A stretch of 64,000 nucleotides of DNA from Dimorphilus gyrociliatus (GCA_904063045.1 CAJFCJ010000002.1:4435645-4499644); one strand, 5' to 3'; positions 14,153 to 27,876 are shown, numbered from the stretch's first letter. Made by a program: numbers and translations. The notes: generated by a model from the letters alone, not told the origin.

Positions 14153-15592
14153 TTAGCGTTTCTTCATTTTCAATAGTTTTTTCCTCACACTTATCATTGG
14201 ACTAACAAAGGAAGATGGGTGAAAGGTAACGGGAACATAGTCTATTAAATAGGCCAGTAAAGCATGACTCCAGTATCCATAAGTTCGACTTTCATTTCCT
14301 ACAGTCTTGATAGCTGAGCCAACATATTCATATGCCTTTGGTATAAGTCTTCTTGGTCTAGCGTTTCCGATAAGTTTTGTACTAATAAATGATGGTAGAA
14401 CAGTCTGAACAGTTATACCATACGATTTAACTTCTTCGCGAATTGACCTAGAGAAAAGATCGACAAAAGCCTTTGAAGCAGTATATATAGCAATGAATGG
14501 ATGCGGATGGCAAGCTACTATAGAGGAGATGTTTACAATAACTCCACTTTTCTTCTCAATCATTTTTGGCAAGACCATATGAGTGAGCATAATTGGCGGA
14601 AATATATTGCAGAGAACGATATTTCTTATAGAGGTTCTACTCTTAATTTCATGAAAATACTGTTGATCATGAGTTGCACCCACGTTATTAACAAGAACTC
14701 CAATATCCAAATTTTCCAATTGCAGAGAGATATCTTCATAAATTTTTTCGGTTATGTCAAAGAAATCAACTGCTATTATTGACGTTTTCACTTCGTGACG
14801 TCTACCTGTTTAGATCAATAGCAATATTTTAATTATTCTGATACGAATTTTGATATTTAAAAAGATGAAATCTTTTTCAAGAAGCTATCCGTAATAAATT
14901 AACTAAATTTACAGTTGGATTCTTTAAAAATATACTTCTTTTGTTTGGAAAATTTCAATAATAATTGAGAAAATTCACATTGTTCATTACGGACAGACTC
15001 TTGTAGCAGAAGCTCAAATTGAAAAACATTACTGATATCATCTGCAACACTTGCTAATTTCGTTTCATTACGGCTGATCAGACAGATGTTCATTCCTCTT
15101 TTCGCTAACTGTGCCAATTAATAGTGATTTTAATAAGAGTTACCACAATAAATTTTTTAATAGATTTTGGTTTAAAATTAATTTTCTACTTAAAAGAAAC
15201 TTACATTCAAAGCGTATTCTTTACCTATACCGTCAGTAGCCCCAGTTACAACTGTAAAAGTAACAAAAAACGGCTTTAAAGTGCATTGACGAAGCTTTGT
15301 ATATTAAGCTTAAGTTACCGAGATATACATCATATATCTCCTGTAATTGATTAAACAAACGAAAAGGGAATATTAAGAAAAGGATAAAAAAGAAAAGCTA
15401 GAGAGATGAATGAAATATGATGAAAAAAATTATTCTCTTTTTACCTGCCCATTTTCCAGTTTCGAGAAAGTTAAATTTTTTTGGGCACATAAAACTCCTA
15501 AGATATTTCCAGATATGTCGAATGAACCATATTGTTGTAAGAAATGTCAGAACAATTCCATAACAAGCGAGTAAGTCCCAAACCGGAAACAT
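14153..15592 (-). CDS. HSD17B12: Very-long-chain 3-oxoacyl-CoA reductase / 17-beta-HSD12-type short-chain dehydrogenase
   Basis: Four exons with an N-terminal hydrophobic anchor, KWAVVTGATDGIGKEYA, LAKRGMNICLISRN, VLVNNVG, catalytic YTASK and a C-terminal KxKxx ER-retrieval-like tail (KMKKR*). Confidence 0.9.
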
Positions 15593-16144
15593 TTTATTAT
15601 GTGAACCGCAAAAGCTATGTATGTTACATATACAATTCGGATATGTTGGCCAAAGTGAGCCAATACTGATCGATTTAAAAGAGAAATCTGTTCAAATCAA
15701 ATTCAATTAGCTCTAATTTATTTTGTAGCAGTTTATTACGTATATTTCCCCTTTGTTTTAAAAAATAGATGTGATAATAATATTAGATACTATTTATATG
15801 AAATTAGAGGGTATACAAGATGGGAAAACACTGAACAAGTCAAGATAAATTCTCCCATTAACTATTTTCGTCATTCTCTATTCAAAAGATTCAAAGATGA
15901 AGAATATCTCTGAGGAAATACTAAAATCTATTAGACTATTGGCTTATTCTATAGAAATTCTATGTTTTCCAACAAGAATGAAGCCTAATTATCTGTGTTT
16001 TTCCCGTAAGCACAAAGAAGTCTCATATCGAAAAAGGCTTAATATTTTTGCAACATAAAAGAATTATGTAAAATATTTTGGTGCGGATATAAATTAGCTT
16101 ATTAATAAGATTTTTTTCCAATTGACTTTGTGTGTTTCCCCAGC

Positions 16145-17167
16145 ATGTACCTTCCTGGTATACTTGTGTTAATTAGCTTTTCACTTATATTGAAGAATAA
16201 TACAGTTTATCCTTTAACTCTTCTTGCAAGTATACAAATAAAATTTCGACTATTCGAGTTTTATAATGACTCTTTTACATGGTAAAATGCTATTTTCTGA
16301 TAGATTAAATTAAAAACTAGATTAAAAGAGGGGCGGGATAACATTATTCTTATCTTTGATTTATGAGACAAGCAAACGAAGTATGCATTGATATGAATAA
16401 GACATTAGCCACTTTTGAATCTGAAGAGGAATTTGAAATTTTATCTAATTTTACAAGAGATTTATCAAATCTAAAAGCCTCAGATGTGTGGTCCAATTAT
16501 AACAATCTTTTGGAATTTCAACGTAAGTATCGTTTATGCATCTAACTAGGTATAAAACAGTATAAAACTAATCAATTACATTTTACAGTAAGAGAAAAAG
16601 GAACGTATGGAACGTTTCTTGATAATGCTCTTAAACCTCTTCCACAATTTTTAAATGGTAAGTTAGTTAATATTACCAATTCGAGGGGCGGCCTTACTCT
16701 GAACAAGGGTTCTATTCTGCTCTCATGGAGTGTGAAGCAAGTTCAACATCCGTTCATATGCGTCAATGATACACCTTTACATATCATAGTATCATCCAAT
16801 CGATTAAACTTAACAACTCTCAAAGGTATTACAGCTTTAAAACAATATAATAAAAAGCCTATTAAAAGTAATCAATCAATACTTTATATATTAAGTTTTA
16901 TTCTTTATTTTAGATAATTTTCGAGCTGGTTTACTTAAATTTTCAGAACATTTTGGTATAAGTAAAAACTATGGAAAAATTTATCAGAAGAAAAATACAT
17001 GCAAAGCTCAGTGCTTATTGGAATGTGTGAAAAGAACCAACTGTTTATTTGCGTTTTTTAACAAGAATCGAAAGAACAGTGTTTGTAAATTGTACTATAA
17101 AATATTTTACAACGAACAACTCTTTAAAGTTCCTCCTGGAAGGCGATACTATTTATTTACTTTCTAA
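16145..17167 (+). CDS. Putative secreted protein with a C-type-lectin-like domain and a C-terminal PAN/apple-like domain (5' junction unresolved)
   Basis: A hydrophobic leader starts at 16145 (MYLPGILVLISFSLIL). The exons encode ANEVCIDMNKTLATFESEEEFEIL...VWS and ...SWSVKQVQHPFICV (CTL-like), and CKAQCLLECVKRTNCLFAFFNK...VCKLY (PAN-like Cys spacing). Downstream introns are phase-consistent. Confidence 0.5.
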
Positions 17168-17888
17168 CTACTGATTGAAAATGATATTTTCTTCGTATTT
17201 TCCTATTTAAATTCGTAGGAATGGATATTTGTATACGGATTCTCTCTCTCTCTCTCTCTCTCTTTACTCTTTCGCTTTATAAACAATACGCAGATGTATC
17301 AGATGTTCTCATTAATATATAAATGATTAATTGTGGTACTTTTTGTCGTTACTCTGCTATCATAACAACCATATTATCTAAAAGATAAGAGAAAGAGAAT
17401 AATGATGATTATTCTTGCAGTAGTTGATGTTTACAACAAATTTATTGTTGTAAATAGCGACTTTATAATAAGTTTGTTTTGGAAATATTAATAAACAAGA
17501 AGTTGTTGTATTCCACATTTGCGAGCCTGTATATAATCAAATACAACTAGGCAACCAACAATTATCATATCTCTGACAGATAACATTCTCAATTTATATT
17601 TTATCATCCTTGAGGGCAAACTTTGCAGCATTTTAAAAAAAGCATTTGTTTCCTCTTTCTTCAGAATTAAGCCAATATTGAAAATCAAGTTATAACATTT
17701 TGTCAAGGTTTTTATTGAAATAAGCATTAAAGTTGTAAATAAATAGAACAGAAGTGCATAAAATCCAAAAGTGTGAAAAACCAAAGTGCAAATGTAGAAA
17801 GCAACTTTTTAAAAAAGTGTTATTTTTCCCCTTTTGTACTTTCTTTTATTTTTCACAGCCAATAAATCAACTTTTTGAATAGTTTTAT

Positions 17889-18480
17889 TCAACGTTTTAT
17901 CTCTGGTAATTTCGTCTGAAATTTATCAATAAATAATATATTTTTGATTTTATTCTCTTATTTTCATATATTTATATTGTTGATTAATGTTTTACGTTGG
18001 TCAAATTATACATGACTATATTGTGTCAAAGTTTTAAATATTTCTTTACCGTATATCTATTCAAAGATGAAAAATTAATTGTTTGCTTTCCGAAAGGACT
18101 ATAGTCCAATAAACATGTTCTATGTCTTTCGTAACTTGATTGAGTGGGTGAGAAATGCCTATCAGGAGTAGGTGATACAATCGGATCGCGCGGAGTTCCA
18201 AGTCCTCTCAATCTACCACTCTAAAGAAAAAAACAAAGATAAGAATGGCTAACAAGGAGGTTCATTATTCGAACCTTTCCATGGCGAATATTAAGTAAGA
18301 TCATATTAGTCGTGCAATTGGTTATATCATAAAGTCCAGCCGCAGGACTATCTTTAAACCAGTAACTATTACGTCTAGTCCTTGAAATTAATTAATGAAG
18401 AGGCATTTGAAATCTGTCTTAAGATTAGATAAATTAAAAACTTTACTAATTCACCTTGAAGAAACACGAGAAGTTTCCAT
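17889..18480 (-). CDS. Small 4-exon protein of ~110 aa, tentatively SHIPPO/STPG-repeat-like
   Basis: Exons 18480-18455, 18380-18275, 18220-18050 and 17915-17889 are joined by phase-consistent GT-AG introns of 74, 54 and 134 nt. They give METSRVSSRTRRNSYWFKDSPAAGLYD...SPTPDRHFSP...DYSPFGKQTINFSSLNRYTTKLPEIKR*. Confidence 0.45.
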
Positions 18481-19112
18481 TATTTGGCTGCAACGACTAC
18501 TGTAAACCAACTCTTCTTAATACGGCTTAAACATGATTACAGTAGGCCTTTTTGTCATTTTGCCATGCAATTTATCTTGAATAATTCAAGACTTGTTTGT
18601 GTTGTTCTTTACATAATAGATATTGAATTTAATTCCGCTTAAGCCAAACGTTTCATTCATATAATAAGTAGTGAGATCATAATATGCCAAAATATGTCGT
18701 ACCTGTTAAGTTATTGTGATATTTGACAGCTATTTTGGAATAAAGAACCCATAGTATCATGATAACTGTACCTTTAGATATGTGTTGAAGGGGTTTAGGA
18801 AAAGACTGAATACTATTGTCGTAATATCACCGCAGTTTAGCCTTTTTTAACGCGAAATTAGCTCAGCGGGAGAACTTAGCAAGCTAGTTATAAAGCCTCT
18901 TAATTGGTCACAGCCGGATTTTCACCGAAACAATAACATGTTCTATACTGCTTGATAACTATATCTTTAGATAAATAAAAGAAACTCTCACTGACTATTT
19001 AAGCGTATTAGCCTTTATATACTATTTTTTAGCTATCTTCTTACGATAATCGCTCTTATCAAAATTCTAATTTTTGCTATTCCGTCTAGCAAGTGAATAA
19101 CAAAAAAGTATA

Positions 19113-20253
19113 ATGTCGAGAATAATGCAACGCTCTCTTACTCAACTACGCTCTTTCAAACTGAGTTGGTTAAAACCTGGTATACATAGAGGTGCATGCA
19201 ATTTCCCACCCAGTGACTTGTCAGGTAAAGGGAAAAGGCCTCAAAACCTTGGATTATTCATTAAATTAATAGGTTATAAAGAAAACTTGCATTAACTTGT
19301 AGTTATTATTCTTTTTAGATATGAGAAAGAGCTATAGATCTGCTGATGACACTTTATCCGTAGACCAATTTGTTTCCACTGATCCTTTTCAACAGTTTAA
19401 TAGCTGGTTTAAAGAAGCGGCTAAATGTCCAAAAATTTATGAGGCAAATACAATGTGCCTCTCAACTTGTAGCCTGTAAAATACTTCGATTAATCTTGTT
19501 TGCTTTTTATCGATACTGACAGCTAAATCTCTATAATTAATGCAGAAATGGTAAACCATCTTCCCGCATACTTCTACTAAAGGGTATAGACCATAGAGGT
19601 TTTCTATTTTATACGAATTATGAAAGTAGAAAAGCTCAAGAATTGGTAAGGAAATTATAAAGATTATATCTTTAAACGTATCATTAATACTCATCCCTTG
19701 TAATAGCCTAAAACTCTTTGATAATTTTTATCAGGAGGAAAATCCCAAAGCAAGTCTATGCTTCTATTGGGACGCCTTAATGCGATCGGTAAAAACATAT
19801 AATACCCATTAATAATAATTTTCGCATAATACTAATTACTACTAAGATTATTAAATTTTATAGGTCAGAGTAGATGGTGAGGTTGAGAAACTTGACAAGA
19901 ATACATCGGAAAAGTATTTTCAAAGCAGGCCTAAAGATAGCCAAATATCAGTTTACGTAAGTGAAAAACAAAGTTTACCTGTTGAAAGTCGACAATTATT
20001 AGAGTTACGAAGAAATGAGTTGAATAAACGATTTGAAAAGATTGATACATTACCCAAGCCCGATTACTGGTAAATTGTATAATTAGGTCAATGAGAATTC
20101 TATCTGTGATGATTGATTATTCGATTAAGGGGAGGATACAGATTAGTACCTAAAGAGTTTGAATTCTGGCAAGGTCAAACGGACCGTCTGCACGATCGAT
20201 TTGTTTTTAGACTTTCCAAAGTTGGATGGAAAATTCAACGTCTTTTTCCTTAG
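19113..20253 (+). CDS. PNPO: Pyridoxine/pyridoxamine 5'-phosphate oxidase
   Basis: Six exons encode [79 protein letters not shown] and [14 protein letters not shown]...WKIQRLFP*. Confidence 0.96.
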
Positions 20254-20851
20254 TAAAGAGAAATATCTTTTCTATTTCAATAAATATTTCATCTTAGATT
20301 ATTGAAAAACTTTGCCTTTAAAGATCTTATTCATACTGATTGGGCTGACATCTGCAGTTTTAGTAAAAAATGGGAAATTTTCAACCTGAAAAAGTGGAGA
20401 TTTTTTTTATTTATAAACTTTCAATGAAATATAAAATTAGACTAATAATAACAATTTTAAATAGTTCAGTTGTAACCTCACCGTGTTAGAGCATATATTT
20501 TACAATTAAAAGGTCATGGTGATGTAAAAAAAACTACTACTACAGCTTATTAAATTTTATTTCAATGTATTTATTCGTCTAGTATTAAAATGGGGCGTTG
20601 AAAAAGTGTTAGTTCCTCTTTTTCAAAATCCAGGTTAGCTTAAAGAATAGCTACTTATATATAAAAAAAATTTCTTTATATCTTTGAACTACGCCACCTA
20701 TGTGTACAATTCGAAATATGTTAAGTTTCCTACTACTTTGCGCTGCGAAGGAGAAAGGACGTTTTTGAAAGCTTTTTCCATTAAAGTTCACATAGAAAGT
20801 TGTAAAGAACCTTTAAGCATTTTTGAAGGAATCTTGAATGTCGTAAGGAAA

Positions 20852-22988
20852 ATGCTTTTCGGTAAGTTACGAAAGAAAATATAAAGTGTTTGTCTTGATA
20901 TTTACTTTATTAAACTCTATACAATTCCTTTTAGATATAGTAATATTGATAACTTCGTCCATTTTGGTAGAAGTAGGAACCCAGGTGGTAACACTTAAAA
21001 ATGGACTAACAATTCACGGCAAATCAATAGAGTTTAATGATAAGCGAGTAGAAAGTAGTAAGTTTTGTCTTTTTAAATATCTACAATTACAAGAATGTAA
21101 TAATTTTTCCTTAAGGGATTTACAATAAAATCGAAGAGTATTTGGGAATACCTTATTCAGAAGCGCCAGTCGGAAATAAACGCTTTCAGGTAAGTAAAGA
21201 AGTTCTGTATATTTTGATAATGTTAATTAAAAGTTGTTTTTTAGTATCTATTTCGTTAGAACTATAAATAATTCATTTTATTTAAATGTTACTTTTACCT
21301 CTAATTCTTTACTCTTTCTTTTTATTCTATAGCAAAAACTTAAAGCTTTTGATTGGAAATCGCAAAAGACTTTTAATGCTACAAAGTACTGTAATGTCTG
21401 CCCCCAGCAAGAAGGTGTTTTCAGAATGACAGCAAAAAATTTTCAAGATGAAGACTGTCTGTGCTTAAACGTTTATACAGTTAAGTCTAATGTCCTGAAT
21501 CCTGTCATGGTTTACATCCACGGGGGTTCCTACTTGTATGGAACCGGAAATCGATTAAACGGAACAGTGTTGGCTTCCCTTGGCGTTGTATTTGTGTCAA
21601 TGAATTACAGGTTAGGTGCTCTAGGATTTATGACAAGCGGAGACGATAGGTTACTGGGAAATTACGGTTTGTATGATCAGGTAATGGCCTTGGAATGGGT
21701 AAAGGAGAATATTGCATCTTTTGGTGGTAACCCAAACTCAGTAACTATATTCGGAAGCAGTGCCGGTGGGAGTAGTGTAGGATTATTGTATTTATCGCCT
21801 TACGTTAGAAAGAAAAATATTTTCCAAAAAGTTATAGCTCAAAGTGGAACAGCTAATGCTTTTTGGGCTTCTCATTTCGAGACAAAGATGCATTTGATAA
21901 ATAGAGCATCTAAAATCAGCGCCTATCTAAATTGTTCTCTTGATGACATGGCTTGCTTAAAAAAAGTTGATTGGAGAAATTTAATCTATGATCGTATCTG
22001 TGATAATTTAAAGGAGGTTAAGTGTAATGTAGCCAATCCCATTTTTAAACCAATAACGGGGAATGAAATGTTTCCAGTCGACATCCCCGAATTAATTCGA
22101 ACCGCTTATAAACTACCTGGAAACGTGCCGTATATAACCGGAACTGTTAGAACAGAGTTCGGAAAGAACAATACAGATAGTGATGATACGAAGATGTCAA
22201 CAGGGATTGATGATTTTTTAAATGATTATTTTCACTCTTTTGTACCCGACATTATTAGATACGAATATGTAAACTGGAGTGTAATAGGAGATTTTAACGA
22301 TAGGCACCTCTATGATAGATCTTCCGTTATTTCGGATTTAGGTCATTGGCAAAATATTCACAATTGACCAAAGTTACGTTATTACATTTTGTTCCTTTTT
22401 TCCATTTAAATTTCAACAGAATCACGTCAAAAGTAGTATTTTGTCAATGGACCAGGTCTTACTGCACCTACATCTGCAATGGCAAAGGAATTATCGAAGA
22501 AACGAGAAAATAGAGTTTTCCTTTATTACGTCGACAGAGTTGGAAAAAGTTTTCATAGTGTAGAACTTAATTATGTTTTCGGAACACCTTTCACTGATCA
22601 AATAGTCGACGAAAGGGATGAGCGTTTAAACTCGACAGATTATGATATTGCATTTTCAAATAGATTCCTGAAGCTTTGGACTGACTTTGCTCGCTTTCAA
22701 TTTCCAAACAAGAGCCTCTGGCCTTCTTTAGATCCCACAAAGATGAATTATCTCTATCTAGATAGTGGAACAGGAGAGTTGAAGAACAAATTGAGATACG
22801 GTGGAGAGAAGGTGGCATTTTGGGAAGGTTTGATTCCCTTCGTTGATGGAAAGGTTAAGCATCTTTATAAGACAAGGAGGTCAATGGCTCCAGAGACACC
22901 ACGAAGAGACGTTTATATCCTCGCTATATTGTGCGCTATTCTCACTTTGATACTATTAACTACTCTATTTCTCATCTGGAAAAAGTAA
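20852..22988 (+). CDS. Type-B carboxylesterase/cholinesterase-family, neuroligin-like, single-pass membrane protein
   Basis: Signal peptide MLFDIVILITSSILVEVG; motifs YLGIPYSEAPVGNKRF, EDCLCLNVY, VYIHGGSY, NYRLGALGF, GNYGLYDQVMALEWVKENIASFGGNP, FGSSAG, QSG, GTVRTE and FHSVELNYVFG; C-terminal TM helix followed by KK*. Confidence 0.9.
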
Positions 22989-23353
22989 GATTTATCATTT
23001 TGCGTTCACACTCCAAACAAATAGCTTAAAGATATTTATCATTATCCTTCAGTAAAAACAAAGGAAAATCAAACAGAAATCGTATAATAGAGGAGAAGCA
23101 AAGAGTCACGATTTCAACGAGTGATGAAGCCGAAGACATTTTATAAGCAGTAATGGGGGAGTAGAAGCCCAGAAAATATTATGAATCTTTCGCTATATTT
23201 TATAATTAATATACCACCTTTTAATAGTTTTCTTAGCTTTTTGCCATATAGAATTTTTAAATAAAAATCATCTTAGACTTTCGACCTCGTTAAATATATA
23301 TTCAAATCATAAGTATAGGCTTTAATTTCAACAAATGAAAATTTTTAAGAGTT

Positions 23354-25080
23354 TTATTGTTTCTCCAGCCGGCATATAGGATTTTTGTACACTGCTGCCA
23401 GACTAACTTTTGGGCCAAAAAGTTTGGTAATTTTGTCTATCTTATATTTTATCATGGTGGGTCGTTCTAGAGACAGTCCCCATGCAATGACACTTACGTC
23501 CTTAGGTAGACCCATTGGTAACAACATTTCCGGCCTAAAAACGCCAGAATTTCCGATCTCGACCCATTTCTTATGGCCATCGTGATAACCGAAAATTTCC
23601 ATACTAGGTTCGGTGTAAGGGTTATAGGCAGGCTTAAATCTCAATTTTTTTATTCCTAATTTTGAGAAGAACTCCTTAAGAACGCCCATTAGATTTCCCA
23701 AAGTAAGATCTCTATCAGCGATTAATCCTTCAACTTGATGAAATTCAGCTAAATGAGTAGAGTCTATTGATTCATTTCTGCACATGGGCGAATTAAATCT
23801 TAGATTATTCTACTATCGTTAAATATTAAACATTTATCATTTATATAATATGAAAAGAAACTCTTTTATAATATTAGTAAGAAGTTAATTCGCTCATGCC
23901 TAAACACTCTGTCTATCGAGAAATATTTTGCTGGTTTGAATTCCTTTTGTTGGGCTAACTTGTAAAGCATTCTAGTGCTTACTGCGGTCGTGTGGGTTCT
24001 TAATAAATTCTTTTGAGCCTCTTCTATTTTCCAATCATATTTATATCCCTGTGATCCATAACCTCCTTTTGAATGAACAGTCTTTACACGCTCAAGATAA
24101 TCAGTTGGCAGTTTCAAAGATTTTGCTGGATCAGATATAAAGAAAGTATCGTGAGCGTCACGAGCAGGGTGTTGTTGTGGTTGAAAGAGGGCGTCAAAAT
24201 TCCAAAAGCTACTTTCAACCCAATTATTTGTTGGCATTTCTGTGAATCCCATTTCCAAGAAAATTTGACGAAATTCAGTTCTGACCTATGTAAGCAATGA
24301 GTATGGTAGGTTAATTAAAAAAAGTAATTTAATTAAAACTTAAAATACTTTAAGTAATGGATGTAAATGACCGCTTGGTGGCATAATTCCAAGTGCATTA
24401 AAGTTATAACTTTTAAAGTTTTTCGTTTTCCAGGCGTCATTTATAAGCATATCAGCGGTTAAGTCTGTCTCTGGTTTCTCGAGTTTTAAAGTGAATTGCG
24501 ATCCTTTTTTGACATCAAATATGGTGACACTGGTCTGAGAAACAAGTTTTCGTTTCTTTAAATCATTCATAACTGCATCAGGAATATCTGACAATTGCTT
24601 TTGGTTGACAAGCTCACACGTGTTCTTGGTTGTATCTTCAATTGAGTCCACCTGCAAATAACAATTATTTGAATCAATTTGATGAAAGCTTTTTAGGTAG
24701 AACATATATACCTTTTTCAAAACTAATCCTTTTGCCTTGTCTAAGGTAATCCAACCACAGCTCATTGCTTTACTAAAGCCGATCTTAGCATTTTCATCTG
24801 TTTTCATGAGTTCCTCTCTGCGAACACCTTCAGATGGGATAGCATTGAAAACTCTGGCTTCATGGCTGCCATGTTGGGCTACTTTTTTGCCTTCTTCAGT
24901 TAATTCCCAACTTTTTTCAGTGCGTTGACTCATTTCGATTATATTTCCAAAAGCATGGATACTTTTCAGTGCACCAACAATCTTGGTATGTGATAAATTC
25001 AAGGCAGACGCCAATGTTAAGGAATCTATATTATCCTTTGATGATAATATCGACAAAACTTGATCTTGAATGTCAGTCAT
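23354..25080 (-). CDS. FARSA: Phenylalanyl-tRNA synthetase alpha subunit (cytosolic)
   Basis: Motifs [90 protein letters not shown] and [14 protein letters not shown]. Confidence 0.98.
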
Positions 25081-25403
25081 TTTTGAACAACTAGTAATTG
25101 TTAACTAAATCGACTGTTTTATTCGGCAATGATGCAAGCTAGCGCAAAACGGAAGTTGTTGTGAAGGAGTAAAATAGAACTCTGAGAAAACTGGTTAAAA
25201 TAAATTCATAAATAATTGATATTTTAATAAAATTTTATTTCTAAAAAATATATAAGTACTCCAAGAAAAAAATTAGACAGTAAATATATGTCATAGCTTT
25301 GACTGCGAGGTTACAACTTCCGGTTTGTATCAGAGTAGATTACCGGCCATAATACTAAATTTCGTTGGCTATCTCCAACTTCTGCAACAAATACAGCTTA
25401 ATT
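25081..25403. promoter_or_regulatory. Short bidirectional promoter region (FARSA / synaptophysin-like) with two ETS/GABP motifs
   Basis: Head-to-head ATGs are 323 bp apart. CGGAAGT is at 25150-25156 and ACTTCCGG at 25316-25323. Confidence 0.6.
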
Positions 25404-26594
25404 ATGGATATGGTAATATATCAGACTTAGATAATCATTTTAAAATATTAACTAATTCTCTATAGTGTTCTGTACGGTATTAATTTAAAATTCAGTCACA
25501 TATGGTCATGTGATAATGAAGAATGTTCATAATTTGATCCTAAAGATTTCTTCTTATTATTCCGATACAGATAAGAGACAATCTCAAAATCGAAGCCTTG
25601 AAAGAACCACGGGGTTTCATCAGAGTTCTTCTATTTGTAAGTGATAGTTTTGCTATTATTTTTTAGTAAAATTGTATTTTATATTGATATATTGGCATAT
25701 CAAAGGAAGAATTATTGATAACTAGAGGATTGATATAAAAAGCTTTATATATATATTTTAAATACAATTAACTAATAATCTTAACAGGTTTTGGCCATTC
25801 TTGCTTTCGCTACAACGACATCATTGACCACTAGAACTAGTGCTCATGTGAAGTGTTTAAACAACGCAAAGAGAGATATAGATTTTACTGTCAAAATATC
25901 TTATCCATTTGATTTGACAACCAACAGTTGGAAGTTGAATCCATGTGCAGGTAATGACACGTTAGCAGGTCCTTATGGAAATTTTTCCGCCGCCTCTCAA
26001 TTCTACGTGTTTGTTGGGGTTATGGCATTTCTAATTTCTCTGGCATCGATTGGCATATATACTTTTGCCAGTGATCGTTATGATGATGATCGTAAATTAC
26101 CATTAATAGATTTAATCGTAACTGTTATTTGGTGTTTATTATGGTTGATAGCTTCATCGGCTTGGGCGGACAAATTTACTCAAGTATTTAAAAATTTAAT
26201 CGTTTCTTTCCAGTCATCAAACTTGATAAATGTTTTTCTGTAGCTGAGACACTATTCTGATCCGAGTACTATAGCGGGTAATGAAAAACATCTCATATGT
26301 CCCAAGTCTAGCTGTTCAGTTGAACAGATAGAGACAGGACAATTTGCTAAGCTATACGTTTCTTTGGTAATCAAATATAATCCTTTTCACTGACTAATAT
26401 TTTAATAATATTGATTTCTTTTCATTCAGATTTTTGGTTTCCTGAATGTGTTTGTGTGGGGTTTTAACTGCTGGTTTCTGTACAAAGAAACTAGTTTCTT
26501 TCGCGGTTCAGAACCTCCACCGGTTCCAACGGAGCAGGCTGCACAACCTCCAGCAGATCCTTACCCTCAACAATTTCCTCAGGGTAGTATGTAA
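25404..26594 (+). CDS. Synaptophysin/synaptoporin-family MARVEL protein
   Basis: Five exons encode LKEPRGFIR, ILAFATT, ISYPFDL, GNFSAASQFYVFVGVMAFL, LPLIDLIVTVIWCLLWLIASSAWA and LYVSLIFGFLNVFVWGFNCWFLYKET, with a short Pro/Gln tail. Confidence 0.92.
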
Positions 26595-27876
26595 AAGGCA
26601 TCTAAACGAATTAGCGAGAAATAAGTTATTTTTAACGAAAACATCTTTAGCCGTGTTTATTTTTTTTTTGTTCCGTTCTTGTAAGACTTCTGTAATGTTT
26701 CTTCTTTAACTTTATACTTGTGAATAGGCTTTAGTTAACGGTGTCAGACGTGTTTGCAACACTTGCTTAGCCTGAAGAATGGGAGATTGGTTCAGAATGT
26801 TGAAGTTAAACAAATTGTGCTTTTAATGTAACGTAGGATTTGTGTCACGATCTTCGAAAACTAGGTTATAATTCGAGAGTAACACATAGAAGGCACATAA
26901 TTTATATTCATTTCCTTGTATTACGATCGTTAGTTAAATACAAATGTATTTTCGAAGACCAGCTGCAGTCTTTCCTCATTAAAGAAACCTAGCGAAAGTA
27001 GTTGGTAAAACAAAAAGGTCATTTAGAACATTTTATTAGTAGCACAATCAAACAGAATATGTTTGAAAATTTACATGAAAAATCACACACATAGAATGCA
27101 ATTTATAATAGATCGAAATTAGCTATCATCTCATCTTCTATTAGTTAACATTTAGTATATCTATCTATTGCAAATTTTTGCATTATATGCTTGCTTTGCC
27201 TTGTTGAAATTTCATTAGGAATGTTTCACAAATTGTGCAATCAGCCTTGGATAATAAGCTTTTTAGCATTCTTTATCTTTCTGCCATAAATAAATTATTT
27301 TTCGGTGTCTTCCATTTTACCAATAAATACTGTACGTATTAGATCACTTTAATGTAGCTAATTTCTATACAAGACGTAAACATACACTTCTATATTAACA
27401 TATAAAATACATGGTTATATAAAATCATTGCTTTAATAGCTAAACACAAGCAAAATATGTAAATTTTTTCACTAAGAATCTTTCAATTCCGCCTAATTTA
27501 TTATTCAGTCTCACATTACTAATTCTTATATTATTAATATACACGATATACTATTAACCTTATTTATTTTGAAAATTCAGTCTTGAAGTTGTATAATGTA
27601 ATCAATTGAGAAGGAAATAATATATTTAAGAGATAAGACACGCTTGAAGATTAAAAAAATTTATTAGGTAAGTTGATGAATAATGGTTATTTGCATAAAT
27701 AGAATTTCGAATATAGCGCGGGAGTTTTGATGTATTTTCAAACCCATAATAAACTTTCTCTTAAACTTTATAGTATATATTATTAGTAAGATTTTTTCCC
27801 AGTAGAAAATTTAATAAGAGCGATAAAAGGTTAATAAAGCGAGATTTTTTATACGAATATGCGAAAGTTACGCCTC

